64,000 bases of DNA, taken from the NCBI GenBank assembly GCA_951406725.2, contig OX597814.1, forward strand, positions 115,506,001 to 115,570,000. Reading direction: 5' to 3'. Of this stretch, positions 11,670 to 24,770 are shown piece by piece; the first letter of the stretch is position 1; every line of letters starts with the position of its first letter. Under the pieces are notes generated by a model that did not search any database, was not told the origin of the DNA, and worked only from the letters and a program-made list of their open reading frames with translations. A program made the translations under genes and the position numbers. Origin of the DNA: Octopus vulgaris (Eukaryota).

Positions 11670-12629
11670 GTGTATGTATATATACACATATATATATGTG
11701 TATATACATATATATATATATATACATATACACATATATATATATAAATATATATATATTTCTATACATCAGTCATTAGTCAGCAGCCATGTTGGGGCAC
11801 CACCTTGAGAGGGATTTAATTAAACAAAAATATGTGTGTGTGTGTGTGTGTGCTTCTCTCAGTTTCTATCTACCAAATCCACTCACAAGGTTTTGGTAGT
11901 CCTGGCGCTTTAATAAAGAGACTTACCCAAAATGCCATACAATGGGATTATTATATAATACGCTTACACTATATAACATTATCACATTATACAACATTAT
12001 TACATTATATAACATTATTACAATATATAACCTCACTGTATTTATAACATTGTTATGTTATATAACATTATGATATGACATAATATAACATTATCATATA
12101 AAATTATATCATACAATATTATTATATTATGTAACATTATTATATCTTACAACATTGTTATACTAAATATCAATATTAAATTATACAACATTATTATATT
12201 ATACAATAGTGATATATTATATAACATTATTATGTTATATAACATTATTATAAAATGTTAATGTATTGTATAACATAATTATAGTATATGACATTATCAT
12301 ATAACATTATATTAAAAAATATTGTTATATAACATTATTGTATTGTATAGTTACAATACAATATATTGTTACACTATATATTATTATATTATACAGCATC
12401 ACATTATTATATTATGCAATATTGTTATATTTTACAATATCATTATATTATATGACATTATCATATTATACATTATAGTATACGATATTATATAACATTA
12501 CAATAGATAACATTATTATATTATATAACAATATGATACTATACAACATTATTATAATATATAACAGTATTATATTATATTACCTTACTATATTATATAA
12601 CATTATTACATTATGTAACATTATTGTTA

Positions 12630-12985
12630 TACACGATCATCTCAAACAGTTTCTTATTTTATACAGTATCCCTCCTGATGGGTTGGAACCCCTGGCTGTT
12701 AATCAGAAGATATGGAGGCCCATGTGTGATACTGGAGTGAAGCACTTTGAATCCAAAGGCAGGAGACTGAATGAAGAAAGGAGATGACCTCATCATCAGC
12801 CCTTTGTGGCTATTGTTCTGGATGACCTTCAGTGCCATCATGATCTTCCTATATTGTATTGGTCTTCTTGGCCACGTCCACCCTCATAAGAAAGAAGATG
12901 CTGGAGGCAGAGAAGGATGAATGTCTTGGATTAAAACTGCCATCACCTTTTATGGTCTGTCATAAGCAGGAAGCAAGCGTGTTAT
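12630..12985 (+). mobile_element. Old RTE LINE 3' fragment, paralog of 6970-7300
   Basis: Colinear with 6970-7300, including flanks. Confidence 0.6.
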
Positions 12986-13205
12986 ACGACATTATTATAT
13001 TATATGCTAATATCATATATTATATTTCATAAGAGCATTTTATTTTATAACATTATTATATCAAATAACATGATTATATAATATCATATTATACTAGCAG
13101 AGATACCCGGCATTGCTTGGGATTAAAATGGCATGGTTTTTTATTGTTTTACTTGTTTCAGTCATGCAGCTGCGGCAATGCTGAAGAAATAAACTTTCGT
13201 CGAAG

Positions 13206-13271
<66 letters not shown>

Positions 13272-14239
13272 TATATATATATAGAAATACTATATGGTGT
13301 CATTATATTACATAATAATATCATATATTTCATAACAGTGTTATATTACATAACATGGTTGTATTATGTTATATTATGTAATGGCATTATATTTCATAAC
13401 ATTGTTTTATTGTTATATAACAATGTGATATTTCATAACATATTTTATTATATTATCTTATATTATATTATACAGCATTATTATAGTGCATAACATTATA
13501 TCATCTGATTAAGTATTAATTTATAACATGATGCCATTATATTATATAACATTATTATATTATACATTATTATATTATACAACATTGGTATATTCTATAT
13601 CATTATTTTATTATGTTATATAACATTAGTGTGTTATACAGTATCATTATATCAAAGATCATTATTATGTTTTATTATATAAGAATATTTCATTTATACA
13701 ACTTTATTATATTATATGGCATGATAACATTATAGAACATTATTATATAACTTTATTTATAGTATTATATATAACATTTTATTTAACATTATTACATTCT
13801 TTTGTATAACATTATTATATTATATAAGGTTATTGTTACATAACCTCACTATATTATATAACATTATTATGATATATAACATAAAATTATAAAACATATT
13901 AGATAACATTATAACATTATAAAACATTATTATATTATACAGCATTGTTATACTACATAACATTTTCATATTCTATAACGTTTTTGCATTATATAACATA
14001 ATATTGAATAACATCATTATATTATATAACATTATACTATTAACATTATATAATATAATGTTATATAACATTATACAGTATCCCGCAAGTTTTATTAATG
14101 ATAAGAAATATAGCATGAACACAATGCAAGAAAGCTTTCATAAATGTCAGCAATTGTGTAAATGTATGTACGTACATAGAATTGAAGCATTTGAACAATC
14201 AGATACATTGTTCACAATATCACCAACCATGTAATATAT

Positions 14240-14290
<51 letters not shown>

Positions 14291-14346
14291 GGAGATGTAC
14301 TTGCATAGCAAGTGACCTGATCTGAGATCATGTGCTGGAACGAAAG

Positions 14347-14463
14347 CAATTGCAGCATGGAAGGTGTTTATAAGCCATTTAATAAACACACAAAATGTTG
14401 AAGTGAATCTATTGGTCTTGTGTGTTTCTTAAATGGCTTATAAACACCTTCCACGCTGCAATT

Positions 14464-14464
<1 letters not shown>
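14347..14464. repeat. Foldback element with ~46-bp inverted arms
   Basis: CAATTGCAGCATGGAAGGTGTTTATAAGCCATTTAA... versus ...TTAAATGGCTTATAAACACCTTCCACGCTGCAATTG. Confidence 0.85.
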
Positions 14465-14500
<36 letters not shown>

Positions 14501-15484
14501 CATTTTTAGACTCTTCCCAGACACAACAGAATATATATATATATATAATTATATTAAAAGTGCAAGGGCAAAAATGATAGGTCATTTTCGCTCTTGCTCC
14601 CTTAATATAATTATTTACATAAATACATTATTATTAATTTAATGTATAAATTGCCTATAAATTTTTATAGCATGCTATAAAAATTCCACTTTTCCCTGCT
14701 CACAAGGATCAGACAGATCTAGTACAGCCAGATGCTCTTCCTGTCACCAACCCTCACCTGTTTCCAAGTATGGCAATGCTTCACCATGCCTAGACAAGAA
14801 TGGAAGATTAGAACTAAAACAACACCTCTTGCATGACAGTGACGCTCGCTTACAGCTATTGCCTGATGTCTCCTGAGGTAAGGAGAGACTGAAAGAAACA
14901 CACACACAGACATACACACATATATTCTTTTATTCTTCTTCTTCTTTCAGTCATTTGACAGCAGCCATGCTGGAGCACTAACTTTAGTCAAACAAATTGA
15001 CCCCAGGACTTATTCTTTGTAAGTCTAGTACTCATTCTAAAGATCTCTAAAGGCCGAACCGCTAAGTTACAGAGATGTAAACACACCAACATTGGTTGGC
15101 AAGCGATGGTGAGGGGATAAACACAGACACACAAATACATACACACACACACACACACATATATATATCCTCACTCTCACCTCCCCCATCTCCCAACACC
15201 ATCAAACCACACCACATACCACTACACCATACACAACCATACCACACAACACATCACATCACAACACACCACCACGCACACACCAGCACTGACCACTTCC
15301 CAGACCCACATTTTCACATGTACACATATACATACGCACACATCAAGATCACCAGCCCTCTTCCACACACACAAGCAAACTCTCTTATACACACGCACAT
15401 ATACCTTCATTTTGGGATACCCACGACTTTATTATCTCCCCTTCTCCCTAGCTCTCCTGTGTGACCCTTCTATCCGGCATTCGT

Positions 15485-15662
15485 CATGATAGATCGCTTG
15501 CCACTACACATTCTTTATTTTCTCTCCTTGTTTCTTTCTGTGGAAGAGCATAGACTCGAAACATTAAAGACTTTTCACTTCCTAAGCGTTAAACTAATAC
15601 ATCTGTTTGTTGTCTACATCACCTGTCTTCATCTTTTGTTTTTTTTGTGAATTCTTCCCCTA
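15485..15662 (+). mobile_element. Penelope-derived repeat with degenerate hammerhead motif
   Basis: tcttt-CTGTGGA-A-GAGC-atag-ACTC-GAAAC-ATT-aaaga; reverse-complement homolog of 5445-5630. Confidence 0.55.
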
Positions 15663-15697
<35 letters not shown>

Positions 15698-15849
15698 GAT
15701 GGACTTCTTTCAATTTCCATCTACCAAATCCACTCACAAGGCCTGAGTCTATAGTAGAAGACACTTGCCCAAGGTGCCACACAGTGGGACTGAACCCAGA
15801 ATCAAGTGTCTGGGAAGCTAGCTTCTTACCACACAGCCACCCCTGTTCC

Positions 15850-17367
15850 TCATCATCATCATCATCATCATCATCATTTAACGTCCACTTTCCATGCTAG
15901 CATGGGTTGGACGGTTCAACTGGGGTCTGGGAAGCCCGAAGGCTGCACCAGGCCAGTCAGATCTGGCAGTGTTTCTACAGCTGGATGCCCTTCCTAACGT
16001 AAACCACTCCGTGAGTGTAGTGGGTGCTTTTTATGTGCCACCGACACAGGTGCCAGACGAGGCTGGCAAACGGCCACGCTCGGATGGTGTTTTTTACATG
16101 CCACCGGCACGGAGGCCAGGCGAGGCTGGCACGGCCATGATCGGATGGTGTTTGTTACGTGCCACCAGCACAGAGGCCAGTCGATGCAGTACTGGCTACG
16201 GCCACGTTCGGATGGTTTTCTTATGTGCCACCGGCACTGGTATCACAAAACTACAAATTGATGTTCATCGATTTTGATTTGATTCTTTGATTTTTGATTT
16301 TTTGATTTTCACTTGCCTCAACAGGTCTTCACAAGTAGAGTTATGTGTCCCAAGAAGGAAGGTATGCACAGGTGGACTGACTACGTCCCAGGTAGGGGCC
16401 ATGGGTTATGGCCTCACTTGTCCTGCCGGGTCTTCTCGCGCACAGCATACTTCCAAAGGTCTCAGTCTCTGGTCATTTCCTCGGTGAGACCTAAAGAGCG
16501 AAGGTCGTTCTTCACCACCTTGTCCCAGGTTTTCCTAGGTCTACCTCTTCCACAGGTTCCCTCAACCGCTAGGGTGTGGCACTTTTTCACACAACTATCT
16601 TCATCCATTCTTACTACGTGTCCATACCAGCGTAGACGCCTCTCAAGGCACTTACACTCTGTCGGGTATGAACACGGACATTACACATCCAATGGAGCAT
16701 ACTGGCTTCATTTCTTGCGAGCTTACGCATATCCTCAGCAGTCACGGCCCATGTTTCACTGCCATGTAGCATGGCTGTTCGCACACATGCGTCATACAGT
16801 CTGCCTTTTACTCTGAGCGAGAGGCCTTTTGTCACCAGCAGAAGTAAGAGCTCTCTGAACTTTGCCCAGGCTATTCTTACTCTAGCAGTTACACTTTCGG
16901 CACACCCACTCCCGCTACTGACTTGGTCACCTAGGTAACGGAAACTATCAACTATTTCAAGTTTTTCTCCCTGGAATGTGGTGGAAGATGGTCTCTGCGC
17001 ATTTTCAGTGTTTATTGCACCAGAGCATCTGCCACATACAAAAACTATATTCCTAGTTAGCCTTCTTTTGACATTGCTGCACCTCTTATGTGTCCATAGC
17101 TTACACTTGGTGCATTTAATAGAGTTCCTACCTACGCCTTTTCTACAGATCGAGCAGGGCCATCTACCTGAAGGCGTTTGAGATTTGTCTACCTTCCTAC
17201 TTATTAGGACTTTGGTTTTAGCTAGTTGACTCTAAGGCCCTTCGATTCTAATCCTTGCTTCCACGCCTGAAGCTTCTCCTCGAGTTCTGATAGTGATTCA
17301 GCAATTAGAGCAAGGTCATCAGCATAGAGGAGCTCCCAGGGGCATCCTGTCTTGAATTCCTCCGTTA
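15850..17367 (-). mobile_element. RTE LINE 3' part
   Basis: Minus strand PWELLYADD, PHD-like finger, TKGLSLRVKGRLYDACVRTAMLHGSETWA, 3' UTR and (GAT)n tail. Confidence 0.92.
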
Positions 17368-17467
17368 TTGCCTATATGTACAAATACACTCAAACATACA
17401 CATACATATTTGTATATACATCTATACCTGTGCATACACATAAGTTTGTTTTTGTGTATGTATGTGT

Positions 17468-17505
<38 letters not shown>

Positions 17506-17722
17506 TTAAATATAATTCATGAATCTGCAACAATGTGCAGATCCATTTTGATTAAAGTACCAGTGATTTCAGAGTTTACTATGCATAACCCACAATTAGT
17601 GTCTCTGTCTGTCACTCCCATTACATTTCTTGATTTAGCTTCCTTCTAGGAGCATGACTGACAGGACACATTCTGCATTTTATTATAAGTAAAATATAAC
17701 AATTTTATATTCTATAACATGT

Positions 17723-18030
17723 TGAGGCACATGGCCTAGTGGTTAGAGCAGCGGACTCGTGGTCAAGGGATCGTGGGTTCGAATCTCAGACTGGGCGATG
17801 TGTGTGTTTATGAGCAAAACACCTAAGCTTTACACGGCTCCGGCAGAAGGTAATGGCAAGATTCTGCTGACTCTTTCTCCACAACTTTCTCTTGCTCTTT
17901 CCTCCTGCATCTTGCAGCACACCTGCGACGAACCAGCATCCCGTCCAGGTGGGGAACCTATACACCAAGGAAACTGGGAAACTGGCACTTATGAGCCAGG
18001 TATGGCTAGAGAAGGAACAAACAACAACAA
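17723..18030 (+). mobile_element. tRNA-derived SINE, family 3 variant
   Basis: GGCACATGGCCTAGTGGTTAGAGCAGCGGACTCG...GGTTCGAATCTC head and (AAC)n tail; another copy at about 48965-49200. Confidence 0.8.
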
Positions 18031-18162
18031 TATTATATCATGTTATATAACATCATTGTATTATATGTCATAAATTATATTATTATACAATATTGCTATA
18101 TTATACACATTAATTATAATACAATATATAAATTATTATATAAATTATTATACAATATAACT

Positions 18163-20885
18163 ATCATCATCATCATCATCATTTAGCGTCCGTTTTCCAT
18201 GCTAGCATGGGTTGGACGGTTCAACTGGGGTCTGGGGAGCCCGAAGGCTGCACCAGGCCAGTCAGATCTGGCAGTGTTTCTACAGCTGGATGCCCTTCCT
18301 AACGCCAACCACTCCGAGAGTGTAGTGGGTGATTTTATGTGCCACCGACACAGGTGCCAGACGAGGCTGGCGAACGGCCACGCTCGGATGGTGTTTTTAT
18401 GTGCCACCGACACAGGTGCCAGACGAGGCTGGCAGACGGCCACGCTCGGATGGTGTTTTTATGTGCCACCGACACAGGTGCCAGATGAGGCTGGCGGACG
18501 GCCACGATCGGATGGTGTTTGTTACGTCCCCAAAGCACGGAGGCCAGTCTATGCGGTACTGGCTACGGCCACGTTCGGATGATTTTCTTGTGTGCCACCG
18601 GCACTGGTACCACAAAGATACAAATTCCATTGATGTTCATCTATTTTGATTTGTTTTGATTTGATTTGATTTGATTTTCACTTGCCTCAACAGGTCTTCA
18701 CAAGTGTCACAAGAAGGAAGGTATGCACAGGTGGACTGACTACGTCCCAGGTAGGGGCCACGGGTTATGGCCTGACTAGTCTTGCCGGGTCTTCGGATGG
18801 TGTTTTTATGTGCCACCGACACAGGTGCCAGATGAGGCTGGCGAACGGCCACGATCGGATGGTGTTTGTTGCGTGCCCACAGCACGGAGGCCAGTCGATG
18901 CGGTACTGGCTACGGCCACGTTCGGATGGTTTTCTTGTGTGCCACCGGCACTGGTACCACAAGATACAAATTCCATTGATGTTCATCTATTTTGATTTGA
19001 TTTGATTTGATTTTCACTTGCCTCAACAGGTCTTCACAGGTCTTCACAAGTGTCACAAGAAGGAAGGAAGGTATGCACAGGTGGACTGACTACGTCCCAA
19101 GTAGGGGCCATGGGTTATGGCCTGACTAGTCTTGCCGGGTCTTCGGTTGGTGTTTTTATGTGCCACCGACACAGGTGCCAGATGAGGCTGGCGGACGGCC
19201 ACGATCGGATGGTGTTTGTTATGTGCCCACATCACAGAGGCCAGTCGATGCGGTACTGGCTACGGCCACGTTCGGATGGTTTTCTTGTGTGCCACCGGTA
19301 CTGGTACCACAAAGATACAAATTCCATTGATGTTCATCTATTTTGATTTGGTTTGATTTGATTTGATTTGATTTTGATTTTCACTTGCCTCAACAGGTCT
19401 TCACAAGTGTCATAAGTAGGAAGGTATGCACAGGTGGACTGACTACGTCGCCGGGTCTTCGGATGGTGTTTTTATGTGCCACCGACACAGGTGCCAGATG
19501 AGGCTGGCGAACGGCCACGATCGGATGGTTTTCTTGTGTGCCACCGGTACTGGAACCACAAAGATACAAATTCCATTGATGTTCATCTATTTTGATTTGG
19601 TTTGATTTTCACTTGCCTCAACAGGTCTTCACAAGTGTCACACGTGTCACACACTTGCCTCAACACGTCTCCACAAGTGTCACACACTTGCCTCTGCCTC
19701 AACAGGTCTTCACAAAGTGTCACACACTTGCCTCTGCCTCAACAGGTCTTCACAAGTGTCACACACTTGCCTCAACAGGTCTTCACAAGTGTCATAAGAG
19801 GGAAGGTATGCACAGGTGGACTGACTACGTCGCCGGGTCTTCGGATGGTGTTTTTATGTGCCACCGACACAGGTGCCAGATGAGGCTGGCGAACGGCCAC
19901 GATCAGATGGTGTTTGTTGTGCCCACAGCACGGAGGCCAGTCGATGCGGTACTGGCTACGGCCACGTTCGGATGGTTTTCTTGTGTGCCACCGGTACTGG
20001 AACCACAAAGATACAAATTCCATTGATGTTCATCTATTTTGATTTGGTTTGATTTGATTTTTGATTTTCACTTGCCTCAACAGGTCTTCACAAGGGTCAC
20101 ACACTTGCCTCAACAGGTCTCCACAAGTGTCACACACTTGCCTCTGCCTCAACAGGTCTTCACAAGTGTCACACACTTGCCTCAACAGGTCTTCACAAGT
20201 GTCATGAGAGGGAAGGTATGCACAGGTGGACTGACTACGTCGCCGGGTCTTCGGATGGTGTCTTTATGTGCCACCGACACAGGTGCCAGATGAGGCTGGC
20301 GAACGGCCACGATCGGATGGTGTTTGTTGTGCCCACAGCACGGAGGCCAGTCGATGCGGTACCGGCTACGGCCACGTTTGGGTGGTTTTCTTGTGTGCCA
20401 CCGGCACTGGTACCACAAAGAATACAATTCCACTGATGTTCATCTATTTTGATTTGTTTTGATTTGATTTGATTTTCACTTGCCTCAACAGGTCTTCATA
20501 AGTGTCACAAGAAGGAAGGTATGCACAGGAGGACTGACTACGTCCCAGGTAGGGGCCACGGGTTATGGCCTGACTAGTCTTGCCGGGTCTTCTCACGCAC
20601 AGCATACTTCCATATGTCTCGGTCTCTAGACATTTCCTTAGTGAGACCTAAAGTTCGAAGGTCGTGCTTCACCACCTCGTCCCAGGTTTTCCTGGGTCTA
20701 CCTCTTCCACAGGTTCCCTCAACTGCTAGGGTGTAGCACTTTTGCACACAACTATCTTCAGCCTTTCTCGTCACATGACCATACCAGCGCAGCCGTCTCT
20801 CTTGCACACCACAACTGACGCTTCTTAGGTTCAACTTTTCTCTCAAGGAACTTACACTCTGACAGATGGTTTGTTTGCAAAACAT
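18163..20885 (-). mobile_element. RTE LINE 3' end with tandemly amplified 3' UTR
   Basis: ORF end LRWYGHV...GRGRPRKTWDEVVKHDL (20574-20885), about six reiterated UTR blocks and a single (GAT)n tail at 18163. Confidence 0.9.
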
Positions 20886-21248
20886 GTTTTATATCACATA
20901 ACATTATTATATACATTATTGTATTATACAGCATTATTATATTATATGTGCCACCAGCACAAGAGCCAGTCAGAGGGTACTGGCATCAGCTATGATCAGT
21001 TGGTGATTTTTAAGTTCCACTGGCACGGGAGCCAGTCAGGCGGACCAGTCCAGGTCAGTGTATTGGTAAGAAGTAAGAATTATTAGAACAGGAGACGGGA
21101 TGCCTTATGATATATCGATTCCAGTTCTGTATAATAAGAATTTGAGAAGTGATATTTTTGTCAGGAGTTGCAGCCAACAGGCAGTGTCAGTAATTTGAAA
21201 AACCAATTGAAGTGTAAGTTTTCATGATTCTATTGGAAGACTGACTGC

Positions 21249-21484
21249 CTATTTCTTTACTACCCACAAGGGGCTAAACACAGAGAGGACAAACAAGGAC
21301 AGACAAACGGATTAAGTCGATTATATCAACCCCAGTGCATAACTGGTACTTAATTTATCGACCCCGAAAGGATGAAAGGCAAAGTCGACCTTGGCGGAAT
21401 TTGAACTCAGAACGTAACGGCAGACAAAATACAGCTACACATTTCGCCTGGCGTGCTAACATTTCTGCCAGCTCGCTGCCTTCT
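21249..21484 (-). mobile_element. SINE family 2 (Nin/Deu-domain-like) with 16-bp TSD
   Basis: GCCTTTCATCCTTTCGGGGTCGATAAATTAAGTACCAG core; flanked by TTGGAAGACT(G/A)ACTGC at 21233 and 21485. Confidence 0.85.
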
Positions 21485-21760
21485 TTGGAAGACTAACTGC
21501 TATCATCACCTCCACCAGCAAGAAGAAAGAAGAGCCAGAGGCTTGGAGATTGAGGAACTAGAGACAAGTTCTATCTGGAACTGACAGAATTGTTGTTCCT
21601 CATCACATTGTTTTTGAAACTGCTTTCTTCCCTTTCAAACTGCAACTAGATTTGATCCTGTACTGCTATTACCTGATGAAACTGCAGGCTTCTAGAAAAC
21701 ATAAAAAGTTGGGGAGGGTGTTGAAATTGCTTAGCCCTAATTGAACACAATTATTGATCG

Positions 21761-21970
21761 AGGCGGCAAGCTGGCAGAAACGTTAGCGTGCCGGGCAAAA
21801 TGCTTAGCAGTATTTCTTCTGTCGTTATGTTCTGAGTTCAAATTCCGAGGTAGACTTTGCCTTTCATCCTTTCAGGGTCGATAAATAAAGTACCAGTTTC
21901 ACACTGGGTCAATGTAATCGACTTAATCCCTTTGTCTGTCTTTGTTTGTCCCCTCTTTGTTTAGCCCCTT
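21761..21970 (+). mobile_element. SINE family 2
   Basis: AGGCGGCAAGCTGGCAGAAACGTTAGC head and the same core. Confidence 0.85.
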
Positions 21971-22164
21971 TATATATATATTTTTTTATAATATTTTTGG
22001 TGTTTTTGTAAAATCTCAGAAAATAATTAAAAATTCACATTTTTTGTCAAATTATTTTGTTATATTTCTCATCTTATGGGTAGTAAAGAAATATATTGAT
22101 CAAATAAAGACATTCCAACCATCATTATTATCCTATCTTCTTTTTTTTTCAGGTAGGTTACCTA

Positions 22165-22562
22165 CCATCATCATCATTGTCGTTTAATGTCTGCCTTCCT
22201 TGCTGGCATGGGCTGGATAGTTTGACAGGAGCCAGCCAGGTACAAGGCTACACCAGGTTTTTGTGTGTGTTTAGGCATGGTTTTTACAGCAGGATGCCCT
22301 TCCTAACACCAACCATCACGCAGAGTGGGCTACATTTATTAAATGTGCTTTTTTTTTTTTCTACTGGTGAATCACTGATGATGGTGCCATGTAAAAAGCA
22401 TCCAGTACACTCTGTGGAGTGGTTGGCATTGGAAAGGGCATCCAGCCATAGAAACCAAGCCAAAACGGACTATGGAACCTGGTGTGGTCCCTGGCTTTGC
22501 CAATTCCTATCAAACTGTCCAACCCATGCCAGCATGGAAAACAGATGTTAAATGATGATGAT
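22165..22562. mobile_element. Two RTE 3'-tail fragments in opposite orientation
   Basis: The left part begins with (CAT)n; the right part ends CCCATGCCAGCATGGAAAACAGATGTTAAA(TGA)n. Confidence 0.75.
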
Positions 22563-23544
22563 CAACTGGTTTATCAAATTCTTATTTACTGGTGAAGGTT
22601 GTGTAGGCTTACGACTTAAATCTAAAAGATTGTTTTGATAACACAAATATCACTATGTTATATATCACAAAAAATGTCACAAACATCTCACACTAATATC
22701 TTTAAAAAAAATTGTAGGACAGATGAAATGATGTAGTCCAAGGTACATTATGACTAAATAAAGTAGGTAGTCATGACTGTATTTTCCTTTGATCAAAAGG
22801 CTGAAAACTGTCACAAGACTAAACAGCAGCAGCAGCAGCATCGGCAGCGGCGACGACAACAACAACAGTAAATACTTTTGAAAACTGGAACAGAGACTTA
22901 ATCGTCGTGTCGGTTTCATAGGAGAAAAGGGACCATTGTCCCTGATCTTCGTAAGTCCCTTCCCCTTCATTCTCAGGCTGTTGCCCCCTCCCCTCGTGCA
23001 CTTCCAGTTCCAATTAACCCACATCTCTTAAGTTGACCTCTGTAGGAAGGCGAGTTCAGTGGGCTGACATTTTGAGGTGAGAGGACGGAGTGAGGAGAAT
23101 GTGATTAGTATAGAAGCCTAAAGTGGTGGGAGAAGGGCAGGAGCGGAAAGCCTGATGCACTGGGTGTTACATAAGACTGGCAAGTTTTCAGGAGCAGATG
23201 GCATTGGATCACCATCACCATAATCAACATCATCATAATCATCATCATCATCATCATCATCATCACCACCACCACCTTCATCTCATCATTTAACACCCAT
23301 CTTGGACTGTTTGATAGGATCCAGCAAGCGTCAGGGTTACATCAAACACCAATGTCGGCTTTGGCATGGTTTCTACAGTTGGATGCACTTCCTGATGCCA
23401 ACCACTTTACAGGGTGTGTTGGGTGCTTGTTTTTGTGACCAAAAATAAACATAGTTCTTCTGTGTGTCACAAGTTATAGTGTTTTGGCTGCAGATTCTGA
23501 TTCTAAAAGGCTACATGTGATTGGGTATATGCTGTGGGATAAAT

Positions 23545-24090
23545 ATTCATGTGGGCCTCACCAAGGTGATGACAAGTGACTGAGACCTTTGGAGATATGC
23601 TGTGCTTGAGAAGACCCGGCAAACCAAGTGAGACTGTAACCGTGACCGACGCCAGTGTCACATAACCAACCCATTTAAGAGTACCCTCCAATCATTGGGC
23701 AATAAATTGTGCTTGCGAAGACCTGTTGAGGCAAGTGAAGTCATTGTCATGGCCGATGACAGTACCGCCTGATTGGCACCTGTGCTGGTGGCACATATAA
23801 GGCAACATTCGATGTGTTCGATGCTAGTGCTACCTGACTGGTCTCATGCCGATGACACATAAAAGGCACCATTTGAGTGTGATCATTGCCAGTGCCGCCT
23901 GACTGGCTCCCATGCCAGTGGCACATAAAAAGCACCCACTACATTCTCAGAGTGGTTGGTGTTGGGAAGGGCATCCAGCTGTAGAAACATTACCAGATTG
24001 GATTGGAGCCTGGCGCAGCCTTCTGGCTTGCCAGCCCTCAGTCCAACCCATGCCAGCATGGAAGGTAGATGTTAAACGATGATGATGATA
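23545..24090 (+). mobile_element. RTE LINE 3' end/UTR
   Basis: Homologous to 4520-5117; ends in (GAT)n. Confidence 0.85.
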
Positions 24091-24343
24091 GACTGTAGGC
24101 ATTAATAAAACAAATTGCTAACAAAATGCCTAAAAGCCTCATCATTTACAGACGATACATAAAAAATATTATGGCAAAAAATAATTTAGCATATTGTGTG
24201 TGTATGAGAGAGAGAGAGATAGGGAGAAAGAGAGAGACAGAGTGAGAAAGAGAGAGAGCATACAAATATATACATACAGTCATTGATATTAAAAAAAATT
24301 AAATGAGTTTTACCCTAACATACATGTAAACAATCATAAAAAA

Positions 24344-24770
24344 TGAGGTAGTATCAAAAAGTTTCCAGACTAGTTCTGTAGCACACCAACAGATGCCAGC
24401 ACACAGTTGCATGCACAGAGAGAGCTAGCAGTGACTTTCAGGAGGCAGTGTGTTGAGTGACATCGCTGTGTTTACTTAACAAGTTGTGAAATTTGTGTTT
24501 TGTCATGGCCAGGTGAAATTTTGGGATAAACCTGGAAAGTCTGCTACAGAGACATTGAGCATGCTTCAGCAAACTTATGGTGACAAGGCAATGGGTTGTA
24601 CACACTTTTAAGTGGCACAGGTGCTTCAGAAGTGGAAAAATGTCCCTGAAAGATGATGAGCAGTCTTGAGCATCACCCACAAAAATGTGGAGAAAATTCA
24701 TCACTTTGTGCATAAGGATCGTTGGAGGACAATCAACGACATTGCTGATGTTGTTGGTCTGTCACATGGA
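24344..24770 (+). mobile_element. Mariner transposon 5' relic (HTH region)
   Basis: TIR-like GAGGTAGTATCAAAAAGTTTCC; degraded translation GKSATETLSMLQQTYGDKAMG...FKWHRCFRSGKMSLKDDE...NVEKIHHFVHKDRWRTINDIADVVGLSHG. Confidence 0.85.

Noticed and set aside
17723-17800. tRNA-like sequence (also near 48965, 58711 and 10820-10895)
   Set aside because: SINE heads that continue into shared SINE bodies; the acceptor stems are imperfect.
18335-20580. Overlapping ORFs (MPPTQVPDEAG, MCHRHRCQ) and a CRISPR-like appearance
   Set aside because: Antisense readings of the repeated RTE 3' UTR; there are no unique spacers.
22900-22960. Hammerhead-like remnant on the minus strand (CTTACGA...TGAAACCGAC)
   Set aside because: The core and cleavage triplet are too degenerate to support the call.
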